Origin: Eledone cirrhosa | Lineage: Eukaryota | NCBI GenBank assembly: GCA_964016885.1 | Contig: OZ024755.1 | Span: forward strand, 20,460,001 to 20,524,000 | Reading direction: 5' to 3' | Length of the DNA: 64,000 bases | Shown here: one piece after another, positions 1 to 13,128 of the stretch | Layout of the letters: each line of letters begins with the position of its first letter | Position numbering within the stretch: the first letter of the stretch is position 1 | The notes under the pieces: model-generated | What the model was told of the DNA's origin: nothing | Seen by the model: the letters and a program-made list of their open reading frames with translations, nothing else | Databases searched by the model: none | Made by a program: the position numbers and the translations under genes

Positions 1-285
1 CTGATCCATTGACATAAAAACGAACAAACAAGAAGCTGACATTATTCACACAAAGTTCAGTGACATCGATCATGATGTTTACAAAAGAGACAGAATAAGA
101 CTCACTTCGGCCTGGGGTCGGTTTAGATTCGTAATATTACACACATTTACTGAAATATTATCTAATAATTTACTAAGCTGAAACTTTAAACGTTCTGTTT
201 TAGGCCGAACGATGTACCGTCATGTAGAGCGTAAACTTCCGCAGAAGTTAAATCTGCAATTCAGTTTCAGTACCCAATGTGGTAT

Positions 286-428
286 TGTATGGTATGGTAT
301 GGTAAGGTCCCGTAACCCCTGGTGGAGTTGTAGGGGCGCAGTAATGACATAGGTTTCTTGGGCGTTCTTTAAATCCTGGCGGAGCCCAATCCCCTCTCCG
401 GGTCTGAATAACGCAGATTTCTTCGAGG
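286..428 (-). mobile_element. Short non-autonomous retroelement with LINE-like 3' end and (CCATA)n tail
   Basis: Reverse complement matches the copy at ~13000-13128 (TTCAGACC..GGGCTCCGCCAGG..GCCCAAGAAA..GCGCCCCTAC..GTTACGG..CCATACCATACC). Confidence 0.55.
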
Positions 429-1072
429 TTAGGATAAAAAGTGAGAGAACGGAATTAAGAAAGAAATATACAGGAAGAATCGACCCCAGAACTTGACTGG
501 TATTTTTTTTATCGACCTCGAATTGATAAAAGGCAAAATTGACCTCGACGGTATTTGAACTCAGAGAGCAGAAAGCCGAAACAAATACTACAAATCATTT
601 TATCCGACGATCTAACGACTCGGCTAATTCCCAATATAGCGTATCATAATTCGCCATGACACTAGTGCATTTCAGAAAGGAATGAAAATCACAATTGTAT
701 CTCTTTTCCTGAAATTAGAACATACTTAAGAATTCATAACATCACGTGTAAAACGATATACGTGGCATTTACTAACCTCTGAAATCAAATCAATATGACT
801 GTTCTTATCATTATAAAGTACATTTCTGGACCTTTTCATATCACATGGAGATACACAGGCAACAGAAATGGAGATAAATAGCTGCCTATCTTTACAGATG
901 TGTACACTTTAATGAGGAAAGTATTAAGCTATGATTCAGAGGCGAACTGGTCAAAAACATCTTTTAATTATATAGGATATATTTTTGATGAGATTTTTAA
1001 ATAATATATGTTATGGATGAATGTGACAACTGAAATGTGAAGATAACGCACCATCATTGTATATCGATTTTA

Positions 1073-1262
1073 GGCGGTGGATTGGCACTATCGGTAGAGG
1101 GTCGGACGCCATGCTTTGCAGCAAAGAGTTACGGCCCTTTATGGTCTGAGTTCAAATCCCGCCAAGGTTAACTTTGCCTTCCATCCTTACGGGGTCGATA
1201 AATTAAAGTACCAGTAATGTACTGCGATAATTGCTGGCCTTGTGCCAAAAGTAGAAATAATT
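1073..1262 (+). mobile_element. tRNA-derived SINE, main family (probably Meta/MESC-domain type); representative of ~40 copies
   Basis: Family consensus: A-box TGGCAGTATCGG, B-box GAGTTCAAATCC, central TTTGCCTTTCATCCTTACGGGGTCGATAAAATAAAGTACCAG, 3' GGCCTTGTGCC..AGAAAC(AAT)n. Other copies near 476(-), 11016, 12304, 12814, 13141, 15955, 17630(-), 17818, 18105(-), 21823, 27577(-), 27897(-), 28558(-), 30518(-), 32250, 35661, 38832, 51168-51722 (cluster), 52575(-), 52849, 53705, 61972, 63108(-), 63425. Confidence 0.9.
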
Positions 1263-1289
1263 ATATATACATTTTATAAAATATGTGAC

Positions 1290-1700
1290 TAAACCGGCAA
1301 CCCCACCAAGCTTGCCTGGTGAGGGGGGTGAACTTGCACACCCTGCAAGATGAAAAGCGAAACCCGTCAAAGGACAGAGGAACTCAGGAGAGTCAACGGC
1401 TATCCAATAAAGTTTTTTTTTTTTTTTTTTTTTTTTTTTTGTAGAGATTCCTAGTCTTCATTAAGACATCTCTCTAGAAGGTCACTCTGATATAAAACCT
1501 GCGACTTCGTTTGCATCCAATGATGTAGACCAGCTCTTCTTTTTGAGAAAATGCATTCGATGTTCAGAGAGTGGGAATGGCCTCGTGCAAAGCCTTTCGT
1601 CACTTAAAAAACTTTCAAGCCCAGGCATCACTTGATATGTGACATTTTTTGCGATATATGGTATTGCTGACTATAGGCAAGTCTCTAGCAGGACTAAAAA
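1290..1700 (+). mobile_element. RTE-like LINE 5'-region derived repeat, copy 1 (decayed)
   Basis: Aligns with 1835-2290 (GGCAACCCCACCAAG..GGTGAGG..GAGTCAA.GGC.ATCCAA..ACTCTGATATAA.ACCTGC..GGACTAAAAA). Confidence 0.5.
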
Positions 1701-1834
1701 TACATACCCATGATGCTCATGCTTAAGTATCAAGCGATGCCATTACTCGAAATCGAGTTTCAAGCATTATGTATGAATGTAGCATGTATATATGTATGTA
1801 TTATATATGTCTCATGGTCGGGTCGTTGGCGACT

Positions 1835-2370
1835 AAACTGGCAACCCCACCAAGGTTTCTTGGTGAGGAGGGTGACTTTCGCCATCCTGCAGGACTAAAA
1901 ACAAAACCTGTCAAAGGGCAAAGGAGCTCTTAAGAGTCAATGGCCATCCAAAATCACCGGGAGAGATGACCCCTTAGCCTTTGTCAAAGCAGAATTCTAG
2001 GAGAAGGAAAACTCTGATATAACACCTGCAACCCTGATGGTATCCAATGATGTTGACTTGTTCTTCTTTTTGGTAAACATCATCTTGGTTAAGAGAGTGG
2101 GACTGGCTTTGTGCAGTGCTTTTGCTCACTATAAAAGCTTCACGGCACAGGCATTGCTTTATATCTGGAGATCTCTCTGCACTTGTCGTCACATGGTACC
2201 ATGGGCCTAGCACTATGTGTCAATAATTGTCACAAGTGTAGTGTTTGTACCAGAGTTTTCAAGTCGCTGGCTGGACTAAAAAGTCACACTCGTTCAGCGC
2301 ATCGGTAGGGGTTCTCTTACATGGATATAAAGTAGTGGCCGTACTCGAAAACGAGTTGGCAGCCACCATT
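1835..2370 (+). mobile_element. RTE-like LINE 5'-region derived repeat, copy 2
   Basis: Contains CTAGGAGAAGGAAAACTCTGA, which I recall as typical of RTE-clade 5' UTRs; a fragment also lies on the minus strand near 47300-47340. Confidence 0.5.
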
Positions 2371-2539
2371 ATATATGTAGCATGTATCTATGTATGAATG
2401 TATGTATGTGAGCATGGTCAAGTTGTATCATTTACTGGGGATGGGGCACACACGCTCGGACAATTGTCTATCCACGATTGTAGAGTATAAAGATGACTAA
2501 GAAAACAAACTAATATAAGAAAAGGGAAAGAGAGCAGAT

Positions 2540-3020
2540 GAGAATGAGAAAGGGTGAGAAATATAGGGAGAGAAATATAGGGAGAGAGGAGAGAAATATA
2601 GGGAGAGAGAGGGGAGAGAAATATAGGAGATAGGGGGAGAGAGGGGGGAGAGAAATATAGGAAGAGAGAGGGGGAGAAATATAGGGAGAGAGAGGGGGAG
2701 AAATATAGGGAGAGAGAGGGGGAGAAATATAGGGAGAGAAAAGAGGAGAAATATAGGGAGCGATAGGGGGAGAAATATAGGGAAAGATAGGGGGAGAAAT
2801 ATAGGGAGACACAGGGTGAAAATATAGGGAGAAACAGGGTGAAAATATAGGCAGAAATAGGGGAGAAATATAGGGGGAGAGAGGGGGAGAAATATAAGGA
2901 GAGAAATATAGGGACAGATAGGGGGTGAAATATAGGTAGAGATAGGGGGAGAAATATAGAGATGGAGAGAGAGGGGGAGAAAATAAGGAAAGAGAAGGGT
3001 GAAAATATAGGGAGGGAGAA
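2540..3020. repeat. Purine-rich minisatellite (GGGGGAGAAATATAGGGAGAGAGA-like, ~24 bp), followed by (GT)n at 3083-3206
   Basis: Repeated GAGAAATATAGG core. Confidence 0.9.
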
Positions 3021-3079
3021 AGAGAGATTTCGAAGAAAAGTAAAGAAAGGAAGATAGAAGGTAAGTGAGATGGGCGGAG

Positions 3080-3207
<128 letters not shown>

Positions 3208-4007
3208 GAGAGAGAGATAGAGAGAGAGAGAGGGGGGAGGGGGGAGATTTAGTTAATTCATCTACTTCATCGATTTAGTAATGTAAACATACGCATCAGT
3301 CTATTACCATATTGATCTATCAATATATTTATATTGAATGAATGATCCAGCTTTAAAATTCCTTCGCTAACGGCTTGAAATAAATGATTATATAAGCGTC
3401 ATTTTATTGGTCACAGAAGACTCATAAGACGGCAATGCCAAAAAGCATTGCCTCTAATTGGAAACAAAACACCTTTGATATTTATCGTAGTAAAATACAA
3501 ATCCACTAAAATCACTCAATATTCGTATAATTGTGTTATTATATCGAGAACACATTTCTCTACGACATGTGTATTGCTGTTGAGGCTTTATATTAATATG
3601 TGTTGGACGACATATGTGTTTCATTTTACTGTGTGTGTGTGTGTGTGTGTGTTTATTTGTGAGTTTTATAACAGTTAGTAATATAGTGTGTGTGGGGGGG
3701 GGGGGGGGCGTGTATTCATCAGTATTTGTATATTTGTTTATGTGTGCGTATACGTGTTTATATGTATGCCTGAACAAATGCATTTATATTATATATGCAA
3801 ATAATGTATTTGTGCATTTATATATGTGTATATGTATATGCATATATGTGTGTATATGTATATATGTATATATATATATAAGTTTATCCCGGGATCAATC
3901 GGGGGTAACCACAGTAAGTAAGGTACTCAATACAAAGCAGAGTATAAATATTTAATATAGAAAAGGCTTCTACACGACTAGAACTATATATATACATATA
4001 TATATAT

Positions 4008-4735
4008 AGTAATAATAATAAATTTGAAGACTAAAATCCAAAGAGGGCTCGATAAGGGTAAATATATATCAAATATATAAGAACCGTAGAGCAAATATTT
4101 ATTAAACTAACAGATTAAAGTTTAAGCAAAGAATCGCTGCTTTCACCCTTAACGGGATCTTCTGAAACTAACAAAGTCAATCTGTAAACGCAGAAGTGGA
4201 TATTTCAAAAAACGTTGCAACCGGAGGAAGACAGGAAGACGATTCTTTGGTTCGTGGAAACGTTCCCTGGCAAAGAACTGGAAAAAACGAATATAATACA
4301 TGTATATATATAAGTTTATTATTGTTTTTCACCGCTCCTATTAATGACGTATTATATTCGTTTTTTCCAGTTCTTTGCCAGGGAACGTTTCCACGAACCA
4401 AAGTATCGTCTTCCTGTCTTCCTCCGGTTGCAACGTTTTTTGAAATATCCACTTCTGCGTTTACAGATTGACTTTGTTAATTTCAGAAGATCCCGTTAAG
4501 AGTGAAAGCAGCGATTCTTTGCTTAAACTTTAATCTGTTAGTTTAATAAATATATATATTTATATATATATATATATATAGTAATAATAATAAATGTGAA
4601 GACTAAAATCCAAAGAGGGCTCGATAAGGATAAATATATATCAAATATATAAGAACCGTAGAGCAAATATTTATTAAAATAACAGATTAAAGTTTAAGCA
4701 AAGAATCGCTGCTTTCACCCTTAACGGGATCTTCT
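4008..4735. mobile_element. (TA)n-embedded Penelope-like/retrozyme-like element: ~204-bp inverted repeat plus a partial direct repeat
   Basis: Arms 4095-4298 and 4350-4553 are near-perfect reverse complements (a near-identical 91-aa ORF appears on both strands); 4008-4164 is repeated at 4580-4735; fragments at 33088-33200 and 50272-50436. Confidence 0.75.
4119..4169 (-). ncRNA. Variant type I hammerhead ribozyme motif
   Basis: Minus strand reads AGTTT-CAGAAGA-T-CCC-GTTAA-GGG-T-GAA-AGCAG-CGATTCT-TTGCT-T^-AAACT. Stems I and III pair; core has U4A and a U-U at the base of stem II. Mirror copy at ~4479-4529 (+). Confidence 0.5.
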
Positions 4736-4744
4736 GGGGGGTGT

Positions 4745-5080
4745 ACATGTGTATATATATAAATGTACGTGTGTATGTGTGCATGCTTGTATATAAATGT
4801 ACATGTGAATGTATGCTTGTATATAAATGTACGTGTGTGTGTGTGTATGCTTGTATATAAATGTATGTGCGTGTGTATGCTTGTATATATATGTATGTGC
4901 GTATTTATGCTTGTATATAAATGTACGTGTGTGTATGCTTATATATAAATGTACGTGTGTGTGTATGCTTGTATATAAATGTAGGTGTGTGTGTATGCTT
5001 GTATATAAATGTACGTGTGTGTATGTATGCTTGTATATAAATGTATGTGTGTTTGTATGCTTGTATATAAATGTATGTGC
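4745..5080. repeat. ~30-bp minisatellite TATGCTTGTATATAAATGTAYGTGTGTGTG
   Basis: About 11 tandem units, grading into degenerate (TG)n up to ~5560. Confidence 0.85.
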
Positions 5081-6198
5081 GTATGCGTATGAACGTTTAT
5101 GGGTGTAGTTATATTTACGATTATATTTGTAAATGATTTTGGTGCATATATATGTGTATGTGTGTGTGTGCATGCATGTGTGTGTGCGTGTCTGTGCGTG
5201 TGCGTGCATCTGTGCATGTGTTTGTGCGTATGTATGTGAGTGTGACAATCTTTACAAATGTTTATAGTTGTGGTTATTTATGCGTGCAACTATATTTACG
5301 ATTATGTATGAGTGTGTATGTAAGTGTGTGTGTATGTGTGTGTGTGCCTCTGTGAGTATGAGTGTGTGTATGTGTGAGTGCCTATGCGCATATGTGTGTG
5401 CATGTGCCTGTGTCAGTGGGTCGGGGTATGTGTGAGTGCTTGTATGTGTGTGTATGTGTGTATGTGTGCATGCGTGTGCCTCTGAGTGTGTGGGTGTATG
5501 TGTGAGTGCCTGTGTGTATATGTGTGTGCCTCTGTGAGTGTGTGTGTATGTATGTATGTGATTGTGGTAGCTGTGGCTATGGATAACTGGCTTAAACAGT
5601 GTGTATATAGTTGTCAGCATATTTGCGATTAGCTATGCGTTGATATGCTTTTAGACTTTGTCCAGCGGAAGGTCAGATATTATTGAAATTTGATAATGTA
5701 TCTTCAATGAACCTCACAACGGGAAGCGATTGTAAAGCTTCAAACGTACTAGCTAGCCGTAAATGTCACAGCATCTCTTGAGGTACTCTTGCAAAAACTG
5801 ACCCCTGTGTAGAAAAGTTGCACACAATTGACAATTTGCCGGCTATAGAATTCTTTTAGGCTTGTAAACAAAGACAACAATCACTAGCTTTCATTGATTT
5901 GCTATTACATTTCCAAAAAGACCAAATTAGAGAGTTTGATAAAGTTCTACATATAATATTTGCTTCAGGTTTTTGACAGTGTTATAGAAAGAGGGGCCAA
6001 GTGAATGATACTGTTCTGAATATACCATATCTTTTTTTTTTGTAGCAGAAATTAAAGAGAGACTCTACCTCATATTCTAGCTTCTTTTCAACGTTTTTAT
6101 TGTTGGATTATTTGAAAATATGTTTAACAACTACTTATTTGAACATGATCCTTGTGTTCCGAGAACTTTACAATGGTTTAATTTGATACTAATCTACT

Positions 6199-6254
<56 letters not shown>

Positions 6255-6257
<3 letters not shown>

Positions 6258-6522
6258 AAAGTTCTATTTAAATTGTTGGGATACAACAAGCAAATATTTT
6301 TATAACTAATATAAAGCACTCGACAAGTATTTGGAGTAAATATACGATATTATCAAATGGAAACTATATTTATTTGAAAGGGTATGTTAAAATTTATTTA
6401 TAAAACTGGTATATATTGTATTTTGTCTGATGAAAGCATACCATAATTTAACATGGTATCCTTGAAATATGTATAATAAAATAGATATGGTTTTATAAAT
6501 ATAGTTTCCATTTGTTAATATC

Positions 6523-6523
<1 letters not shown>
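6255..6523. mobile_element. (TA)n-flanked hammerhead-bearing element with an inverted 3' segment (same family as 31141-31580)
   Basis: 6255-6373 is the reverse complement of ~31455-31580; 6378-6523 matches ~31343-31490; (TA)n on both sides. Confidence 0.75.
6419..6483 (+). ncRNA. Type I hammerhead ribozyme, canonical core nucleotides
   Basis: Stem I TATTTTGT/ATAAAATA; CTGATGA 6427-6433; stem II AAG-C-ATACCA/TGGTAT-C-CTT; GAAA 6464-6467; minimal stem III AT-ATGT-AT; predicted cleavage after AUA at 6475. Confidence 0.75.
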
Positions 6524-6561
<38 letters not shown>

Positions 6562-6563
6562 TC

Positions 6564-7258
6564 TACAAATAAAATATGGAGTTATTAACTCATATTGATA
6601 CTCTGCAATTAACAAGCTCAAAGTATAAATACTGAGCATTATAATAATAATATATGTAGTAAATTCTGCGTCTAAAATTACGAGGGTAGATTATACCACA
6701 AATGTTTTATATATTTAAATTGAAGCATACAGTAAGATACAAGATGTCCTATACATACCATATCAATAACGATTTCATCTCTTGGACAGACTAAAGAATT
6801 AATCTGTTTCGCCCTGAAAATTGTGTTTGGAACAGATAATCCTTAGGCATTTCATCAGCGAGAGATTAGATTAAATGAAACAAAACACATCTAACAAGAA
6901 CTCACGGAAGTAAATAATGTACCTAGTGGGTTGAGAGCTATAGGTGGTGTGAGTGGGTATGCTAGAAATAATAGCCTTATTACACTCATCTTATAAGCTC
7001 ACCTATATAGGGAGCCGAAATACAAATAAAATATAGAGTTATTTACTCATATTGATACCCTGCTATTAACATGCTCAAGGTATACTGAGCATTATAATAA
7101 TAATATATGTAGAAATAAACACAGTAAATTCTGCGTCTAAAATTACGAGGGTAAATTTTACCACAAATGTTTTATATATTTAAACTGAAACATTTGTGGT
7201 ATAATCTACCTTCGTAATTTTAGACGCAGAATTTACTGTTTATTTTTACATATATTAT
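6564..7258. mobile_element. (TA)n-flanked element with direct repeat (6564-6723, 7021-7190) and terminal fold-back (7188-7258)
   Basis: Two direct copies of ~160 bp; the last ~70 bp are the reverse complement of the preceding segment. Confidence 0.65.
6777..6866 (-). ncRNA. Type I hammerhead ribozyme motif with long stem/loop II
   Basis: Minus strand reads ATCTCTCG-CTGATGA-(41 nt ending GGGC)-GAA-ACAGATTAA-TTCT-TTAGTCTGT-C^-CAAGAGAT. Stem III is 9 bp, triplet GUC, stem I 7/8 paired; stem II junction is non-canonical. Confidence 0.65.
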
Positions 7259-7329
7259 ATATGATTTAAATTTGATTTTAATTTTCTAAGTCGTTTTCAA
7301 GCGTTTATATATATATTATATATATATAT

Positions 7330-7364
<35 letters not shown>

Positions 7365-7522
7365 ATATATTATATTATATATATTATATATAATATATAT
7401 ATTATATATATATTTATATATTATATATTTATATATTATATATTTATATGTATATTATATATATAATATATATATATATTATATATATATAATATATATA
7501 TATTATATATATATATATATAT

Positions 7523-7965
<443 letters not shown>

Positions 7966-8654
7966 AATGAATTTAAACGTTGATAAATCTAATATAGTTT
8001 TTTTTTTTCGGGGGGATACGTGAGTGGTATTCTACTTTTCTCTAGACGTGGGTAAAGCGAAATATTTCCAACCAGAAAATCGAAAATAACTCCTCACTTA
8101 CCGAGAATTTATATCTTACAATACACAAACCCAGTCAACACAGAACCACAGTAAATATTTACAGAAGTGATACTACACCACTGAGCGTTCTATTCAAATA
8201 AATATTCATTTTACTTTCATTAAAAAACATTAAGAATGACTCTGATAGATCTACAAACACAAATCAATACAAATGGAAAATTCGTAATTTTGATTTTTAC
8301 AGTTGGTTTTAGTTTGTTTGTTTGTTTTTTTTTTTGCTTGTTTTTGTTTTTTGTTTATGTTATGTTTTTGGTTTTGTTAAATGTTGTCTTTTCATTAGCA
8401 AATATTCAGGAAAAAGAATATGTTGGAAAAGTTGGAGCTGACGTCTTTCCCTTCACATGACGTTTGACAAGGATTTGAAAATACATGGCATTTATTTTAC
8501 ATTGTTTACTAATGTATTGAGATGTTAACAAATGCAGGAAATAAATGCATTCTTTTTTTTGTAGTAGTAGTAGTAGTAGTAGTAGTTTTTCTTTCACACT
8601 TTTAGATATTTAGATCAAACTCTTCTAGTTTACCATTGAAAATACCCATACTGA

Positions 8655-9376
8655 TATATATATAAACACATATACATATATAAAATATGTATACATACAT
8701 ATACACATACATGTACATACATATATATATATACATATATATATACATGTATATATATATACATATATATATACATATATATATACATATATATATATAT
8801 ATACATATATACATACATATATACATACATATATATATACATATATATATATATATACATATATATACATATATATATACATATATATATATATATACAT
8901 ATATACATACATATATACATACATATACATATATACATACATATACATATACATATATATATACATATATACATACATATACATATATACATACATATAC
9001 ATATATATATACATATATATATATATACATATATACATACATATATATATATATACATATATACATACATATACATATATACATATATATATATACATAT
9101 ATATATATACATATATATATATACATATATACATACATATATATATACATATATACATACATATATATATATACATATATACATACATATATATATACAT
9201 ATATACATACATATACATATACATACATATATATATACATATACATACATATACATACATATATACATACATATATATATATATATTCATACATATACAT
9301 ATATATATTCATACATATACATATATATATTCATACATATATACATACATATGCATATATATATACATACATATGC

Positions 9377-9456
<80 letters not shown>

Positions 9457-9534
9457 ATATACATACATATATACATACATATGCATATATATATATATAT
9501 ATATACAAATATATATATATATACACATATATAT

Positions 9535-9565
<31 letters not shown>

Positions 9566-9706
9566 CATACATATACATATAAATATATACATACATATAG
9601 ACATACATATACACATACATATTTATATACACACATATATTTATATACACACATATATTTATATACACACATATATATATATATATACACACATATATAT
9701 ATATAT

Positions 9707-9743
<37 letters not shown>

Positions 9744-9940
9744 CATATACATACATATACATATACATATATATACATACATACAGATACATATATATAC
9801 ATACATACAGATACATATATAGACATACATACATATATACATACGCATACATACATACATTCATACATATACATACATATATGCGTGTCTGTGTGTGTAT
9901 GTTTATATATGTGTGTGTGCGTGTGTGTGCGTGTGTGTGC
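8655..9940. repeat. Very long compound (TA)n/(CATA)n microsatellite
   Basis: About 1.3 kb of low complexity; source of the 430-aa spurious ORF. Similar tracts at 22925-23500, 36350-37430 and 40155-40505. Confidence 0.97.
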
Positions 9941-10280
9941 GTGTCAGGTGTAAGTGTCTTTATATGTGACTCAATTTAAATATATTTCTTTCTTTATATT
10001 AACAACGAATTAAGAAGGAAACAAATATCTATCTTTTAACATTTCTTTTCAGTGTAAGTCTCATTGTAGTTGATATATATCTCTCAAAGACTATTCAATT
10101 CTTATATTATTTCTTCGTCTCATTCTCTATCGTTGTTGGTGAAACTCAACAATTATTTCATAAACGTTTCTTTTCTGCTTAGATAAAAGTCGGAAATATA
10201 TTCTAAAGTTCGTGTGTGCGTGTGCGTGTGCGCGTGTGTGTGAGTGTTATTTACAGTCGAATATTATATTAAGTAATCAA

Positions 10281-10467
10281 GGGCGGCGGATTGGCAATAT
10301 CGGTAGAGCGTCGGACGTCATGCTCTGCAGCAAAGAGTTACGGCCCTTTATGGTCTGAGTTCAAATCCCGCCGAAGTTAACTTTGCCTTTCATCCTTACG
10401 GGGTCGATAAAATAAAGTACCAGTAATACACTGGGATAATTGCTGGCCTTGTGCCAAAAGTAGAAAC
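10281..10467 (+). mobile_element. Main-family SINE with 19-bp target-site duplication
   Basis: TATTATATTAAGTAATCAA at 10262-10280 and 10468-10486. Confidence 0.9.
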
Positions 10468-11520
10468 TATTATATTAAGTAATCAATACAAACCTATTTC
10501 AGAGGACAAGATGAGGAAGACAATTTACAATATCTAAGTTTCAAAAGAATAATATTACATTAAATAACGGCTAATTATTTACAAGATAGATTCTATAGCA
10601 GAAATATGGTAAATAAAGAAAAAATAATCAAAATACTTTATATTCTTCTCTTTTCTAATTTTAAAATAAAATATTCAACAACTTACACTATACAACAACT
10701 TATGATGTAAACTGACTTGATGTCTTGCTGGATTTAAAGATGATCCTACTCAAAATATTTGGCTCTGTTTACTGAACTACAAGTGTTTTTTTGTTGTTGT
10801 TTCTTGTGTTGTATCATCACACGATTAAAACTGATGGAGTTGACCCATGCTTTAAGGTTTTCCAACTACAATCATACCAGACAGTTTTGCCCTTTATTTA
10901 GAAGCGATTCGCTACACATCGGAGAACCGATGAAGAACATTTTTCTTTCAAAAATCGATGAGTACTGAGCTGGACTGTTTCAATCATTCTTTGGCTTATT
11001 ATTGGTTCATATAGAGGGCGGTGGATCGGCAGTATCAGTAGAGAGGCGGGTGCCATGCTTTGCAACATAGAGTTACGGTCCTTTATGATCTGAGTTCAAA
11101 TCCCGCCGGGGTTTTCTTTGCCTTTCATCCTTACGGGGTCGATAAAATAAAGTACCAGTCACGCACTGAGGTCGATTTATTCGACCCCTCTCCCCCAAAA
11201 TTGTTGGCCTTGTGCCTATATAAGAAACCATTATTGGTTCAAATATCTTTGCTTAATTATGTTGGTGTAAACATTTTTTGTCGAGAATAAACGTAGTTAT
11301 ATTACATCAAATAAGCTGCAATACAAAATACATCAGTGAAAGTTAGAATTAATTAATTGCATGCCAAAAGTATAGGTTACACTTTTCATAAATTTCTAAA
11401 AATTGATAGATATCTTACGAAACACAAGCCACACACTTATTAACACTACCAGAAAATTCACCTGGGCTGTGGTATTTTTCTGTCGGTAACATATATAATG
11501 GTATGTTATCTACATAACGT

Positions 11521-11807
11521 GGAGGCACGAGGCCTAGGGCTAAGGGTGTTGGATTTACGATCATAATGTCGTGGGTTCGATTCCTGGGTTGCGTGTTGTG
11601 TTCTTGAGCAAAACACTTCATTTCACGTTGCTCCAGTATACTCAGCTGAACATGAGTACCAGTAATTGCTGGGGGTTTAACCCTGAGATGGACTGGCCTC
11701 CTGTCCAGAGGGGAGTATTGTACTCTCAGTCGATTTACGCCATGAAACTGGGATAACCACCGGCCAAATGAGCCTTCTGGCTGAAGACATACTTTAGACT
11801 GTAGACT
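11521..11807 (+). mobile_element. Second tRNA-derived SINE (CORE-like)
   Basis: B-box GGTTCGATTCC; core TGTGTTCTTGAGCAAAACACTT..TTGCTCCAGT..CTCAGCTG; 13-bp TSD TTATCTACATAAC (11506-11518, 11808-11820). Relatives at ~50490-50636 (-) and ~62193-62335 (+). Confidence 0.75.
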
Positions 11808-12999
11808 TTATCTACATAACATAATTATACAATAGTGATTACAACCTGTACCTGACAAGGACACCACACATATATCGTTCATTATCGGATGTGTGTCTTT
11901 CAAAACAAATAATAGGAGGAGTCCCTGCTCCTCACAGGAATATTGTAGTAGAGCGCAATATTACAAATATCCACTTTTAATGAGCAAGCAACACTAAGAA
12001 TATTCGTCAGGAACACATTGTCGTAGACTCACTCTGCTTTACGATACTTTACGCTATTGATTTTCTGAAGGATTAAAGGCGAAATTAACCTCAGCGGAAT
12101 ATGAAACCATAACGTAAATATCCTAAGCAACAATTCCTTTTAATCTTTGATAATAGATATATAATTGATCAGCAATTAGTAGGTTATAATAGTCTAAATG
12201 TTGTCATTACTTTTTTCTTTGCGGGTGAGATACAAAATGTTGAAGTGTCAAGTGACGTTTTATGTTGATCCAGTTCAGCTAGACTTTTCATTATAAGATT
12301 AAAGGCTGGTGGATTGGCAGTATCGGTAGAGGGTCGGACACCATGCTTTGCAGCATAGAGTTACGCCCCTTTACGATCTGAGTTCAAATCCCTCCAAGGT
12401 TAACTTTGCATTTCATTCTTACTGGGTCGATAAAATAAAGTAACAGTAATACACTGGGGTATTTGCGGGCCTTGTGCCAAAATTAGAAACGATTATAAGA
12501 TTAATTTGCTTCGTCATGTTTTGGTGTGACAAAAACTTTCATATTAACAGCTAATTCCAATTTAACTATTACTATCGGTCAGCAATCTTTACAATCACTC
12601 TATGTAAAACTTTAATTTAACAAAACAATAAACAAGGAAATAATTAATAAAAAATATTATAATTTGTTGTTGTTTTTTTTTTTCATTTATTTATTTATTT
12701 GTTTATTTATTTATTTATTTATGCACATTTTATCCTTTTCTGTGTTGACTTCTGCTAATTTAAACGGACACCCAAGAAAACCTGTTTTAATTCTACGCTA
12801 AAGATGTATTATAGGCAGCGAGTTGACAGGGTCGTTAGAACGCTAGATAAAGTGCTTTGCGGTGTTCGTTTCGGCTCTCTGAGTTCAAATGCCTTTCGTC
12901 CTTTCGAGGTCGATAAAAAAAGTACCAGTCAAGTGCTGGGGTCGATTATTCCTCTATACCTCTTTCTCACTTCCTTTCTCTCATTTTCTATCTTTCTCT

Positions 13000-13128
13000 G
13001 GAAGAAATCGGCTGTATTCAGACCTGAAGAGGAGATGGGCTCCGCCAGGCTTAAAATGCCCAAGAAAAGCTGAATATCAATATGGCGCCCCTACGTCTCC
13101 ATCAGGAGTTACGGAACCATACCATACC
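13000..13128 (+). mobile_element. Second copy of the (CCATA)n-tailed short retroelement
   Basis: Homologous to 286-428 (-). Confidence 0.55.

Noticed and set aside
1073-1165. tRNA gene
   Set aside because: A and B boxes belong to the SINE head; no cloverleaf, and the sequence continues into the SINE body.
4177-4471. Near-identical 91-aa ORF on both strands
   Set aside because: Artefact of the inverted repeat.
6984-7040. Possible hammerhead CTTATAA-GCTC..GAGC-C-GAAA
   Set aside because: Two core mismatches and weak stems I and III; may be a decayed motif but cannot be supported.
8095-8460. Possible host exons (minus-strand donor near 8101; plus-strand acceptor near 8398)
   Set aside because: Isolated splice-like signals without a recognisable peptide or partner exons.
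8602-9979. Long ORFs of 200-430 aa rich in Y/I/H/T/C/V
   Set aside because: Translations of (TA)/(CA) microsatellites, open in many frames on both strands; the same applies to 4721-5620, 22877-23568, 36303-37176 and 39916-40529.
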